DNA of 64,000 nucleotides from Blastocladiella emersonii ATCC 22665 (lineage: Eukaryota > Fungi > Blastocladiomycota): assembly GCA_025594325.1 (NCBI GenBank), contig JANHCV010000014.1, positions 1,178,001 through 1,242,000 of the forward strand, read 5' to 3'. The translations under genes and the position numbers were made by a program. Below, one piece after another: positions 11,611 to 24,400 of the stretch. The notes below the pieces were generated by a model. That model was not told the origin of the DNA and ran no database searches. It saw nothing but the letters and a program-made list of their open reading frames with translations. The first letter of the stretch is position 1. Every line of letters begins with the position of its first letter.

Positions 11611-12365
11611 ACCAGCAACAGTCAGCGTATTCGCCACCTTTTTCCGGACTCAAATAAATCTATGACCTAAGGGCGAGTGTGTTGGGCTAGATCAACGGAA
11701 GGATTTGTCGAGGATTCGAGTTGCTCACAGGCAGAAAAGTTCCGCGTCTCGAAAGGTAGCGATGACTGCGACGTTTGAAGTGAGGCTCTCATGACAACTC
11801 CGTCTCGACTCTCATGCCTCCAGACAGCGGCATTCCGACGGCCCAACTTAGTTATACAAGACTTGCTGCAAGCGAGCCAGAAACTTCATTCAGCGCCGTC
11901 AGCAACGCACTTCCTCCAGAGGACGCACGAGCTTGTGTGCGCCATGTCCGCTGTTGAGAAACCGCTCTTTGTCACGGCTGCTGACCGGTTTACGTCCGAG
12001 AATGTATTCATGTATCGTTAGTACTTTGAAGAAGGCCAGGTAGTGGCCACCCGCCGGCCGGGCAACCATGCAATACTGGAGCCGGTTCTGCGGGTGAAGC
12101 GTTTGAAGAGGAGGTCGCTGATTCACGAGACTGCAATTCAAGAGTTGTTAGTCGAGCTTGAGCACAAGTGCCTCCTCATCGAAAGCAAGAGCTTTGCTGG
12201 CGACGGGGCTCGGGCAAACGGCGGTGACCCCGCGTAGCAGCTCAAACTAACCGCCGTGGCCTGGATTATCGGGGCGACATCACACACAAAGTATTCGGAG
12301 GGCGTAACATTGTCGGTGAGCCAGCGTGGGCCGAAAACGCCGGGGGCGGTGCGGCGCGAGACAGC

Positions 12366-14293
12366 GTGAGACGCGCTCGGAAAACAGGTGACGGCACGTG
12401 GGCAGCTGGGGCCGACCTTTCGCGTCTCGAGCGCGGCGTCGCCGACGGTATGCGACCCCCGCGCTGCCCCCGATGGATCCCCTCACGTACGCCGACCGCC
12501 TGCACCGCTCCGTGTGAGCCGCCGACCATGCATCTGACACCGCGCAACACCATGGACTCTGCAGGACCGGTGGCTCGCACCACCGCGCCGCGACCGATGC
12601 GCCCTGGTCCGCGCCGCCGCTCGCCCGGGGCTACGGAGCGCTCGCCGGCACCGGCTCCGAGAACTACGACGGCGCTGACAGCGAGGGCAGCGAGGATATC
12701 AACATCCTCGACGACTCTGACGACCAGACCGGCCTCGACGATGCGACCGGCGGAAGCTTGAGCCGGCCGCTCTCCCGCGCCAACAGCGTCTACTCGAGCA
12801 GCGACCTCGGTAGCCACCTGCTCGGCGCGGCGGCTCACTACAACACCGTCGGGCTTCACCCTGGCGGGTACGCGCACGGCTTCACCGATTACACGAGCGA
12901 CGACGATGATGCCGTCAGCGACCTTCCGGGTCTCGATATCGACGAGTCGACGCTTACGCCCGAGCGCTACCGTGCTCCGAGTCGTGGCGAGGGGCCAGTC
13001 GCGCCGAAATCCGTGGCTTCGACCCCTGCTCAACCGCTCTCAACCGCTGCTGACCAAGCCCGTCCCCCGCGCCGTGCAGCTGCCATCGCAAACACGCTCG
13101 TCACCAATGTCCGTGCACAGTTCGCGGGCGACTTTGCCGACGACACGTCGAACTTCTCGCCGCCCGCCGCCGCCGGCCCAAACGGCCGCCGCCGAAAGCG
13201 GCGCGACCTGTACAACACGCTTTCGCGCGCCATGGAGACGATGATGCGGCGTGACTCGTACGGCTTCTTTACCGCGCCCGTCAACGCGTCCGAGGTCCCC
13301 GAGTATCTGACCATCATCGAGCAGCCCATGGATCTCGGCACCATGCGCGATAAGATCCGCGCGCGCCTTTACACGTCGCTTGACCAGTTTGAGGCCGACT
13401 TCCGCCTCGTTGTCGACAACTGCAAGACGTTCAACGCGCCCGACTCGGTGTACTGGAAGGCCGCCGACAAGCTCGACGCGTGGGGCTCGCCGTGGTTTGC
13501 GAAAGAGGCGACGTACGAGCACACGATTGACGAGCACGGTACCACCACCGGCGTCGCCGCAGCCCGTATCGCGGCGATCGGCAGCAACTCGCCGAGCGGA
13601 TCTTCGCTCAGCAAACGGTCTTCCGCTCGGTTACGCTCTCAAAACGTGGCCACCGCGTCGTCTCCCGCCCCCGATGCCGCCACACCCAGCGATACCTTCC
13701 GCGGGATCCCGGCCGACGAATGGAAACCGCGCACGGCCGAGCTCTCGCTCGATCCGCCGTACCACTTTGCCGCGGACGGAAGCTGGCTGCCGACCGACGC
13801 TCCGCCGCACCCGCTTCCCGTCGCGACCCCGCGGGGCGGCGGCGGCGTCCCGCGCGGCTTCCCACCGCTACTTCAACCCGCGGTTGCCACGACACCGGCT
13901 CCCGCCGCCGCGCCCGCCTCGCTCACCGACTTTGGCACCTTTGCCTACTCGTCCACGACGCCCATTGACCGCGACCCGGCCACGTTCCGCGCCAAGGACG
14001 CACCGCTCGCGCGGCTGCAAGCAGCCGTGTGGGGCGGCCCACTCGGCGCCGCGTACGCGGCCTCGCTTGCCCAGTTCGTCACGGGCTTGCCGGCGCCCGT
14101 CAACCAGTGGGCTTGGGCCCGCATGGAGGCGCTCAGTTTGAACTCGGCCTCGGTGGCGGCGTTCGCGGCGGCACGGGCGGTTGGAGCGCGGGTCCCTGAT
14201 TACGTCCTTGACGCCGAGGGTGGTGGGGATACGGCCGAGGAGATGGACGTGGACCACGACGACGACGACGACGCCGAGGACGAGTGGGAATAG
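12366..14293 (+). CDS. Bromodomain protein, BRD7/BRD9-like; 5' exon and start uncertain (probable intron about 12448-12564)
   Basis: RRDSYGFFTAPVNASEVPEYLTIIEQPMDLGTMRDKI...Y.SLDQFEADFRLVVDNCKTFNAPDSVYWKAA is a canonical bromodomain. C-terminal DFGTFA...Y..SLAQFV resembles the BRD7/9 C-terminal region. Confidence 0.85.
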
Positions 14294-14516
14294 TAGTAGC
14301 CAAACCGTGTGCGAGACGTAAGAATGGATATCTGTCTTCATTTCTAGCTCCTGGCGGCGATGGGCCCTGAGGCCTGGCGACGAGTATTCTTCCACAGAGA
14401 CGAGCAGCTCGCGGGTCGTGGAAGGCCCGACAGCGACAAAGACGGAGAATGTTAAGGATGATTCAGATGGCTTCTAGCAAAAGGGGGAATGCACAACAAA
14501 ATGATAGACTCGAGTC

Positions 14517-16487
14517 CTAGTCGGACTTGACCTTGACAGCCGCCGCCGCATCCGCGGTAGCGGCGTTGCGAGCGGCGATCGCGGACAGCGTGCGCGGTGC
14601 GCCGCGCAGCTCGTACCAGCACAGCGGGCCGATGACGTTGACGGCCTTAGCCATGACGCGCGCCTGGCGCCAGAGGGTGCGCGGGAGGGCCCAGATCGGC
14701 TCGCTGCGCAGGAGGTGCCAGGCGCCGTAGGCGGCGACCTGGAAGAAGTGGCGGACGAGGAGCAGCGGCTCGGGCGAGAGGCAGGCGAGGAGGCGGACGG
14801 GCGCAGCGGTGCACTCGCCGCCGAGGCGCAGGTAGTCGAAGGTGGCGCGGCGCAGGTAGCCCATGATGCGGTCGTCGCCGGCCGAGAAGAGCGAGTAGAG
14901 GGCGTTGGCGAGGATGTTGATGACGGACGACAGGCGCTTGCGCTCCCAGTACCACGAGGCGAGGGCGGCGCGGAAGGCCGCGTTGTGGGCCGGGGCAAAG
15001 GTCGGGAAGTCGGCCTTGTTGAGCAGGCGGCGCAGGATGACCACGTCGTTGAGCGCGACCGACATGCCGCCGCCGGTCAGCGGGTGGCGCATGTTGTGGG
15101 CGTCGCCGAGGAGGAGCAGGCCGGGGGTGTCGCCCTGGCGCGAGGGCGGGAGGTACGGGTTGGGCATGATGCGCAGGCGCTGCGACTCGAGGGCGGCAAA
15201 GAAGGCGGGCTGGACCGAGGCGGGGAGCTGCGGTGCGACGTGCGAGCGGAGGTAGTCGGAGAGCTCGCCGTTGCGGTTGGAGGGCAGCTTGGATCCGGGC
15301 ACGTCGACGAGGATGCGGGTGTCGTGAGTGCCAATCTGGTAGAGGAGGATGGGCGAGGGGTCGGCGAGCACGACGTGGCCGTGGTTGGGAGCCGGGAGGG
15401 GCACGTCGTGCAGGATCAGGCCGACAAAGTGCGAGGGCGCCTGCATGGCGGTGCCGAGGGCCTCCTTGCGGAACTTTGAGAAGCAGCCGTCGGCGACGAC
15501 GGTGAGCGGGGCGAGGAACTCGAGGTGGCGCTCGGTGGCGGCGGCAGCGGGTGCCGGTTCAGAGTCGGACGAGGCGGGCGTAGAGGAGGTGCCGCGGGCG
15601 ATGGCGTGGACGCCCAGGATGCGGGGCTCGGTGAGGTCGCGGATCAGGTCGGTGGCGGTGGCCTGGACGACGGAGATGTTGGGGTGTTCGAGGCACTTGC
15701 GGCGCAGGTTCATGATGAAGCGGCCGTGGTGGAACGACTTGCCGCGCGCGGGGAGGGGATCCGCGGAGCCAGATGGGGAGGCGGCGGCAGCGCTCGGCAG
15801 GTCCGGGTAAACGAGGTGGCACGTCTCGTCCTTGTCGACGACGACGTAGCCGTGCACGTCGATGGCGTCCATGTTGTCGAGGGTGTCGGCGAGGCCGAGC
15901 TTCTCGAGGGCGAGACAGCCGCCGGGCTGCATGAGCTCGCCGACGATGCGGTCGGGCTCGGAGAGGTCGCGCTCTGTGAGGCGGGCGGGGGTCGGCGGTT
16001 AGCAACTGGCTTGTCCGAGAGGCGATCCGCGAGACGCGACGCGATATCGCGTGACCGCGGGCGTCGAAGCGGGCCACGTGGGCGGAGACGCGTCGCGCCG
16101 AGCGATCGGCGGCCGGGGCAGAGGCGATGCGGCGTGCCGTGCATCGCATCCAGCGCAGGCGAGGTCCACGCGCACGCAGGACCCCGTACCTGCGACCTCG
16201 CTCAGGAGTGCAACCACCCACGGTCAGCGATCAGTCAGTGGAGGAGGAGCGTACCAAGGAGCGCGACGTTGCGGCCGTCCTCTGCGAGCGCGTAGGCGAG
16301 GGCGGATCCGGCGACGCCGGCGCCGACAATGACCACGTCGTGAGACGACTAGCGGCGGAGCGCGCGGATCAGGGCGAGATACGCGATCAGGAGCGAGGCA
16401 AAGCGGGCGTGAGCGCTACGGCAAGGATCAGAGCTACGGGTAGACGCGTACGGCGTGGTACTCGGGCGTAGTTGCGGTCGGTGCCAT
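14517..16487 (-). CDS. ERG1: Squalene epoxidase (squalene monooxygenase), three exons
   Basis: Small exons give HDVVIVGAGVAGSALA (FAD-binding GxGxxG) and ERDLSEPDRIVGELMQPGG. The main exon has GKSFHHGRFIMNLR, TVVADGCFSKFR, SHFVGL and LLGDAHNMRHPLTGGGMSVALND. Confidence 0.97.
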
Positions 16488-17707
16488 GGCGAGTGGGTGG
16501 TGATAGTGGGTTTCGGGTCGGTTGAGCAGAGGAGCGAGTCGGTCGAGTCGGCAAGTCGGTGCAGTGGGTGAGGGAGGTTGCGCGAGGCGAGGAGCGAGAG
16601 GGATCGCCGAGAAGGTTGTTGGACTTGTCGGCGGGGGAGGGAGGAGAGCGCGGGAGCGGCGACGGGCGGCGGCGCGGGGGAGGATGAGAGCGGGATTCAC
16701 GTGTGCGCGCGTCGAGCGCCAGAGCGCCACAGCGGCAAACTCAACTCATTTTTCGAGTTGGCGGCGGCGATGGCGGCGGGGTCGAATCAGGGTCGGATCC
16801 GGCGACGGAGAACAGGTCGAAGGTGCGCGAGGGTGACGCGCGGCGCGTCAGGGCGCGTCACGGCGCGCCGGCAGCCGCGTCAAAGGGGCACTCGACACGC
16901 GTGGGAGCGCGCCCGCCGCGCCCTGCCATCAAAGCTAAACGCTGCTCGGCTCTGCTCGGGAACGCAGGGGCAGAGGGGAGGCGAGCGACCAGCGGCCAGC
17001 GCAGCGACCAGCGCGGATTCGGCGGCAGCCGTGGCCGGCGTGGCGCAGCTGACTCTCGCCCGCCGCTCCCGCTCCCGCCAGCGCTCCCGCACCGCCCAAT
17101 GCTGCTTCTCCACCGCCCTCCCTCCACCCACCCTCCCACCGCCCAGCACTCCCCTCCTCTCTCGGTGCATCGCGAGCGCAAGTGCCAACCACCCCCGACT
17201 CCTAGCTGAGGTGCGTCCGCCCCGCCCCGCCCCCAACTCGCTCGCCGGCGCGCCCGCGGATGGATGGAACGCCGACATGGACTGGGCCTGCCCCCGAGCG
17301 CGCGGCTCGATGACTGTTGCTCGCTCGCTGCGGCCGCGCCCCAGCCTTGGCGCGCGCCTTGTTCAGTCGACCTGGGCGCCCGCCGTGGCCTTGGCGGTGA
17401 CTGCGATGCCCGTCGCCAACCATCTGCTGCGTGGTGCCCGCCCTGCCGCCGCCGCCCGCTTCTCACCCCACGCGCGCGCGCCCGCCCACCACTGACGCGC
17501 TTCGCCCCTCCCTCCCGCTTGTAGCTGCTCCTCTCCCCTCCCGCACTGCTGCTCTGCTCTGCCCTGCACTCCTCTCGTCCATTGATTGATTGCACACGTC
17601 TCGTCTCTTGTTTCGTGTCGACTGCTCGGTTCCACGCGCGCCAACTCTCGCTCGCCCCTCCTCCCCCACTCCCCGCGCCGATCATCACTCGCCGTATCAC
17701 CCCCACC

Positions 17708-19159
17708 ATGACCGCGCTCGACGTCTCCACCGCCGATCGCGTCGTCGCCGACACGGCCACCACCGAGTCCAGATCCGGCCCCGCCGAGTCCTTCATTGCA
17801 CACACCCCCGACACGCTCTACGCCCGCATCCACGGCAAGTGGTACGACCTGCGCGAGTTCCGCGACCGCCACCCCGGCGGGCCCGTCGCCATCGGCCTCG
17901 TCTCGGGCCGCGACGCCACGGTCCTCTTCGAGTCCTACCACCCCTTTGCCAGCCCGACCGCCATGGCCGCCACCCTCAAGCGCTACCTCGTCGCCGACGC
18001 CGACGCCGCCCGCCTCCGCACCATCGAGGAGGAGGCCGGCCTGCCGCCCGTCGACGACCTCTTCGACTGGCCCGAGGGCGGCTCGCCGTTCGCCCGCGAC
18101 CTCAAGGCCGCCGTCCGCGACTACTTTGACGCCGAGGCCAAGCGCCGCGGCGTGTCCTTCCGCCAGGCCATGAAGGGCACCCCGCTCCGCCACGTGCACC
18201 TGGCGCTCCTCGCCGCCACCACCATCGCCTCGATCGCCTTCATGGTCCGCGGCTCGGTCCTCGCCATGTTCGTGACCCCGCTCGCCGCCTGGATCACCGC
18301 CGCCAACGTGTTCCACGACGCGTCGCACTTTGCCCTCGCCAAGTCGCCCCTCGTCAACTGGCTTGCCTCCTACGGCTTCCCCTACTTCTCCTCGCCCACC
18401 ACCTGGGGCCTCCAGCACATCATCGGCCACCACGCCTACCCGAACCTCGCCTACCTCGACCCCGACGTCGCCCACACCCGCCACCTGCGCCGCGACCACC
18501 CGAAATTCCCCTGGGCCGAGCCCCACCGCGAGCAGGGAAAGTGGTACCGCATGGCGCCCCACATCTTCCTCGCCACCACCTTCGGCATGAACATCTCCAA
18601 CGAGGTCGAGACTGCCGTCGCCGACAGCTACAACGACGCGGTCCCCGTCGGCCCGCGCACCCTGCTCCGCAACCTCGTCCACTTTGCCGGCCGCGCCCTC
18701 ACCATCACCACCATGCTCGGCTGGCCCTTCCTCGCCCTGCCCAACGAGTCGGTCGGCCTGCGCCTCGCCTTTGCCCTCGTGCCCTCCTTCCTCTTCTCGT
18801 TCCTCTTCATGGTCAACACCCAGGTCAACCACCTCACCCCGGACCACATTGACGCCTACTCGCGCGACTGGTTCAAGCACCAGGTCATCACCGCCCAGAA
18901 CTTTGGCCCCGGCTCCGCCTTCCACTTCTGGATGTCGGGCGGCCTCAACCACCAGCTCGAGCACCACCTCTTCCCCGGCATCAACCACATCCACCTGCGC
19001 GCCCTCCAGCCCCGCGTCCTCGACATCTGCCGCAAGCACGGCGTCAAGTACACCATGGCCTCGGGCTACGTCGAGGCCGTCAAGAACTACATGGCCCACA
19101 CCTTCAACATGGCCGTGCAGCCAAAGGACATGGTCGACGCCAAGCTCAAGGCCGAGTAA
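17708..19159 (+). CDS. Cytochrome b5-fused front-end fatty acid desaturase (delta-5-like), intronless
   Basis: b5 heme motif HPGG; histidine boxes HDASH, QHIIGHH and QLEHH (Q-variant third box typical of front-end desaturases). ATG at 17708. Confidence 0.92.
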   Translation: MTALDVSTADRVVADTATTESRSGPAESFIAHTPDTLYARIHGKWYDLREFRDRHPGGPVAIGLVSGRDATVLFESYHPFASPTAMAATLKRYLVADADAARLRTIEEEAGLPPVDDLFDWPEGGSPFARDLKAAVRDYFDAEAKRRGVSFRQAMKGTPLRHVHLALLAATTIASIAFMVRGSVLAMFVTPLAAWITAANVFHDASHFALAKSPLVNWLASYGFPYFSSPTTWGLQHIIGHHAYPNLAYLDPDVAHTRHLRRDHPKFPWAEPHREQGKWYRMAPHIFLATTFGMNISNEVETAVADSYNDAVPVGPRTLLRNLVHFAGRALTITTMLGWPFLALPNESVGLRLAFALVPSFLFSFLFMVNTQVNHLTPDHIDAYSRDWFKHQVITAQNFGPGSAFHFWMSGGLNHQLEHHLFPGINHIHLRALQPRVLDICRKHGVKYTMASGYVEAVKNYMAHTFNMAVQPKDMVDAKLKAE

Positions 19160-19385
19160 GCGTGCCCCCCGCGTGTGTCCTCGCACCCTCCTCATCTACC
19201 CTACCCCTCGTCCTCGCACCTCTGTCGTCGCGCGCGCGCTAGTCGCACGCAGTTTTGGCCAATCCCCTCCCCCCTTCGCCACCCTGCCTGCCTCTCTCGG
19301 CCCCGATCTGTCACGCACATTTTACTTTTCTACATAGAGACCTGACCCATTGTTTGCACACACACACTCTCCTTCGTTCGTCACC

Positions 19386-20231
19386 TCACAGTCCACCACC
19401 ACCTCGTGCCCACCCGTCCCGGCCGGGCGCGTCGCCGCCAACCCGCGGGGCCCGCGTCGGTGCCTGCGTGGCCAGCACGCCGAGCGCCTTGAGCTGGAGT
19501 CGCTGCAGCTCGGCAACGTGGTCCAGGAGCTCGGCGTTCAGCGTCGCCGCCTCGGTGAGCCCTGGTGCGCGCGGTGAGGTGGCGGCCGACGCGTACATCT
19601 CGAGGTCGTGAAGCGTCATGGTCAGCGGCGTGATCCCCGGCATCGCGCTGGGCAGCCGAGGCGCGCGGTGCGGGTGGTCGCTCGGGTTTGGGTGTGGGAT
19701 GGTGAGGGTAGGCGGGCGCGGGGCGCGATCTTTGACGGCTTCTGCACGGCTTGTTCTTTTCGATGGAGAGGTCGCGAGGATACTCTGCTCGAGGCCCGCG
19801 GCCGCTTCGAGTACGCCGAGCCGACTCTGCGCGAGCTGCAGCTGGCCTTCAGCCCGCTCACGCGCCTGGACCTCGCGCTCGTACTTGAGCTTGAGCTCGT
19901 GGAACTCGTCCACTGCCTTGCGGACGGCTGGCCGGGTATGGAGGTCAGTAAGTGCCCAGGCGACCTTGCTCGCACACGCGTGCGTACCTGTCGAGATCCG
20001 CTGGAACATTTCCTCCTTAGACCGGAGCCGGTCCGTAAGCCGCTCATTGTCCAGGCGCAGTGTAGCGACCTCATTCTGAAGCGCTTCGCACTTGGCGGCG
20101 CTCCCGGCCGCGGCCTCCTGGAAGGCAGAGCTCCGCTCGTACGCGGCACTCGAAGCGCGCTGCAGCGCCTCGAGCGTCTTGACCAGGCGCCGGTTCTCCT
20201 CCTCGAGCTGGGCCAAGGTGTGATGGCTCAT
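19386..20231 (-). CDS. Hypothetical coiled-coil protein (probable in-frame intron about 19928-19987)
   Basis: 281-aa ORF with ATG start and heptad-rich segments (LAQLEEENRRLVKTLEAL, KCEALQNEVATLRLDNERL). GTACGC...CTGAC...CAG intron-like segment. Confidence 0.6.
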   Translation of the reverse strand: MSHHTLAQLEEENRRLVKTLEALQRASSAAYERSSAFQEAAAGSAAKCEALQNEVATLRLDNERLTDRLRSKEEMFQRISTGTHACASKVAWALTDLHTRPAVRKAVDEFHELKLKYEREVQARERAEGQLQLAQSRLGVLEAAAGLEQSILATSPSKRTSRAEAVKDRAPRPPTLTIPHPNPSDHPHRAPRLPSAMPGITPLTMTLHDLEMYASAATSPRAPGLTEAATLNAELLDHVAELQRLQLKALGVLATQAPTRAPRVGGDAPGRDGWARGGGGL

Positions 20232-20508
20232 GTTGTTCTCATGTGTTTATCATCTAGTGCAAGCTCGATCAGGGAGGGAATGCAGCGCGCGAACTGCCTC
20301 CGCGGAGCTGCGAGACACGCGAGACAGTCGCGTGTGGCCGTCACCTGATCGCGGCGCTCCACGCGTCGCGTCGCGTCGCGTCGCGCGCTCGCGCACCTCC
20401 CGTCGCTGCCAAGTCTCGATCACGCATCAAAGCTTCTCGCACAACCACTACCACTCCACGCAAAGCTCATGTAAACTGCCGACGGACCGGCTCACGCGCC
20501 ACCTCAAC

Positions 20509-21324
20509 ATGCCAGCCCCTGCTCCCGCGCCAGCCCCCGCGGCGCCGTCAGACTTGAAGATCATCCTGCTGGGCGATTCCGCCGTGGGCAAAAGCAAGCT
20601 CATGGAGCGATTTCTCGTCTCCGGCTACTCGCACGTCACGTCGTCGAGTACGGACCGCCAGTGACCTGGAGCGTGGGAGCCCGCCAGCGACGCGGCGCTG
20701 ACCATGCTGCACCCACTCGTAGCGTATGCGCTCAGTCTATTCAAGTACACGACAACGCATCCTGCAACGGGGAAGCCGCTCAACATCGACTTTTTCGACA
20801 CGGCCGGTCAGGAGCGGTTCGCCAGCATGCACGCGAGCTACTACCACGGTTCGTACACCCACCTCCCTCGCGCACGCTGAGACCCGATAAACTGACCCGA
20901 TTGCTTGGCTGTTACATCTAGGGGCCCACGCCTGCCTGCTCGTGTTCGACCTGATGCGGAAAGTGACGTACAAGAACCTCGAGAACTGGTACCACGAGCT
21001 CCGGCAATACCGCCCATCCATCCCCGTCATCATCCTCGCCAACAAGGTCGACGCGCAGCCCGAGATGGCCAAGCGCGACTTCAAGTTTGCCGTGGACAAC
21101 GGCCTCGACCTCAAGTTCGTCAGCGCAAGGTACGCCTTCCTTCCTTCTTGAGTTCGCTGCTCAAGCACGTCACTGACGCTGCGCTACGATACAATAGTGA
21201 CGGAACAAACGTCGTGGAAGCGTTCCAGGACATCATCCAGCGCGCGGTCGCGTACAAGGAGAGCGACCAGCGCGACTTCATGGACGACGTCCTGGAACTG
21301 ATCCGCGACGACGCGCCCCATTGA
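20509..21324 (+). CDS. RABL2: Rab-like GTPase RABL2 (ciliary), multi-exon
   Basis: KIILLGDSAVGKSKLMERFL, YALSLFKY, DFFDTAGQERFASMHASYYHGAHACLLVFD, RKVTYKNLENWYHELRQYRPSIPVIILANKVD: RABL2-type signature segments separated by introns. Confidence 0.93.
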
Positions 21325-21475
21325 GGGCAGCCGGAATATACCAACTTCTGCGACGTGCGCGCCTAGTTCCCAATTCAAGCCATGACATGGGTAACGGAGA
21401 AATCAAACGTTCATTGTGTAAATCGATAGCCCCGCTCAAGGACGTCCGCAACGTGGCTGCTCGACGCGCAAGCAC

Positions 21476-24400
21476 CTACGACGCGCCATTGGACCCGTTT
21501 TCAGGCTTCACACGCGGGACGTTTCGAAGGTCGAGGCGATCAAAGAAGCCCTCGATGATCTTGCGCGCGCTGAAGCGGTAGCTGAGGTTGCTCAGGATCG
21601 TGCTGACGTGCAGGTACAGCGTCCCGCTCTGGAAGTGGCGCGCATGCTGCTTGCGCAGGCTACAGTCGGGAGTTTGGGTTAGCGCCACGCGGAGATCTCA
21701 CCAAGGACGACGAGAGTTGCGCGTACCGAGAGAGGGTCTGGAGGTTCATGTTGATGAGGACATGGTTACACACATTGGACACGGCGTCGAGGATCTCGCG
21801 CGACACGGGGTCCAGGAGGGCGACGTCGAGGAGATCGCTGGGCGCGCTCTGGATCACTGGCTCGGAACCCTTGTAGTGCCAGTCGGGGAGCAGCAAGAGA
21901 TCGTCGAGATCGTCGGGGAGGCAGAACCCGTGCTCTGCGTCGCATTCCCAGCCGTGAAGATCAAGGACGTCGCGGCCGCGGGCCGTCTTGGCCACGAGAC
22001 CCAGAGCAAAGAACGCTGTTCCGCGCACCGACAAGACGGGGCATCGGCTCGCAACGTCACAAACGGCATCGATGACGTAGATCTCCTCCAGGTAGATGAT
22101 CCCCGCCTTGGTGCAACCCACATGGCCGATCGCCCATAGAATGGCCTTGAGGTGAACGGGATCCTCCTCCGCGAGCGAGGACCACTGCCGGAGCTGAGCG
22201 CAAAGGTCGCTGAAGTGGCCCTCGTCACACAGCATCCGGCATCCCTCGGGGGTCTTGGCGAGCTCGCCAAAGAAATGCGGAAGGGTCCACCCATCATCTC
22301 TAAGGGAAAAAGAGATTTGGTCAGATTTGGTCAAGCGAGCATGTGTCGCGTGAATCGGGTGAGGAAATTGGCGTACCCGTCGTCGCCGTGGAAGAGAATG
22401 TCCTCGTACTTGCCCCGCTCGAAAGGAGACGAGTTGCGCAAAGTCTTGGCAACCGAGCGGTAGTAGGAGGTCTCCATTCGCTCAACGTAATGTCGATAAC
22501 CACCCTACCAGAGACAAAGAGTCAATGGATACGTCTGATGGGGTTGTGCCAAGTATCCGTACCGTGCACCACCTGCGATACTCGCGGTCAACGTATCCCG
22601 TCGATTTGAGGTACAGGAAGCCCTCGGATGTCGACAAGAGTCGCAGGAAGAGCGGGTTCCCAGTCTCGCCCAAGTGATCAAGCGTTGGACTGAGTTTCAC
22701 GAGGGCCGCCTTGATTAGCTCATTGGCACAGGCTGCGTCAAGGATGGTCACGGCGATTCGGTGGACCTGGACCGACGGGTCGTAGAGCTGGGTCGCAAGC
22801 AGCGGGACGATCCATTCAATGGACTCGGGCGCCGGCGTTCCCTTGAGCAAAGTTCCCAAGTGGCAAGTCGCGAACATGCGCACGTCGGGAAGGCCGCAGG
22901 TGAGAAATTTGGACAGCAGGTTTCGGCAGTGGCCCTCTCTAGAAGCGCGGTAAGAAATAGGCAAAATGTGCGTTAGTCGATAGAGTGCTGGTAAAATTCC
23001 CAAACGTACTTGGAATAGTCAAGGGACACGATGAGGACACGCATAATGTCGGGGCGGGCCGTGATCTCGCTCAGGTGGTAAAAGAGGGTGAAGAACCGGA
23101 AATGGCCGAGGAGGAACACGCCGGCATCGTGTTTGGCCATGGAACCGACCATGGTGAAGTATCCCATGGTCAGCGTCTTCTCCAGCCGACTGACAGCCAG
23201 CATTTGGTGGGAGCTCGAGCCCTCGCGGTTCTACACATTGTGGCTGTGAGGATACACGCCGGCAAGAGGCGTGACCGACTCGGCCGGGCTTGGCTATCGG
23301 CTCACACCACCGAGTATTGTGAAAACGCACCGGATCCAGCCCTGCAAGCGCAGAGGCGATGTCATGGAGCAGCATATTGTCCTGGAGGAACCGCACGCCC
23401 TCAGCAGACACGAGTAAGCAGGTTACGAGAAGGGCACCAATCTTGATGAAACGGACGTTGGCCTTGTTGATGGGCAAATCGCAGAAGAGTCGCTTCGATG
23501 GTCGGTAGAAGCTGCAGAGCCGCTTAAAGAATTTGGTCGTGCGCAGCGTCTCCTCAAGCCGCCGAGGCGCGAGGAGCGGACCCTGGAGTAGCTCGCACAC
23601 GATCGCCCAATCCCACTTGGTGTACTCGCGGGACTTGGCGCCAAACACTCCGCTGTCCTGGAGCATCACGCGAAACTGCGAGTCCTCCATGGCGAGCCCC
23701 ATCTGTACCTTGACCTGGTCAGTCCGGTATTTTGACGGCCGGGGGATCGCGTCAATGCCGCCGGAATCATCGATGTGCGCGAGAGCTGTAATGGCACGGT
23801 GGCGGACCTGCTCCTGCTGCCTGAACTGAGAGGCAAGATCGAAGAGGCCAGGAAGCGATTGAACCTCGACGGCGAGGTGTTCGGGAAGGAGCTGATTGCA
23901 CAGGTCGATCAGGTAGCCAATGAGAGACGTGGCTCGGTCAACCACTTCGGCCGACGAAGATCCGATGAGGTCAATCAGCGCTTCAAAGAGGCCGGACTTG
24001 ACGAACACCAGCAGTTGGAGCGCCATGTAATGGCCCGCAAGATCGAGCCGTTCCGACTTGGTCATGTAGTCCTTGGGTTCGTCGACGCGGAAGAGCGCGT
24101 GGAGCAGCTTCAGAACAGAGAGCTACATAGGAAATGACGAAGGTGAGATGACAGGTACTATCATCCTTCGTGAAATAAAATCGAACCCTAATCTCGTCCA
24201 TAGGGATCCGAAGCGAGCCGATGATTGAGCGGATGACGCGACGATCGCTCTGGGACAAGTAGAGCAGACCAGTCCAGTGCCGAAGTAGGGCGAGAATGGC
24301 GCGGGAGGCGGCGGCAAGCTTCTCGTTGAAGGACGGGCCTTTGCTATACGCATCCGAAAAGACTGCTGAGACAGTCTAAAGGCAGGCAGGATCGGGCGCG

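Noticed and set aside
17363-19195. 610-aa minus-strand ORF, and similar long antisense ORFs over meckelin, ERG1 and the LINE
   Set aside because: These are shadow ORFs of GC3-rich sense genes; the opposite strand carries the recognisable motifs.
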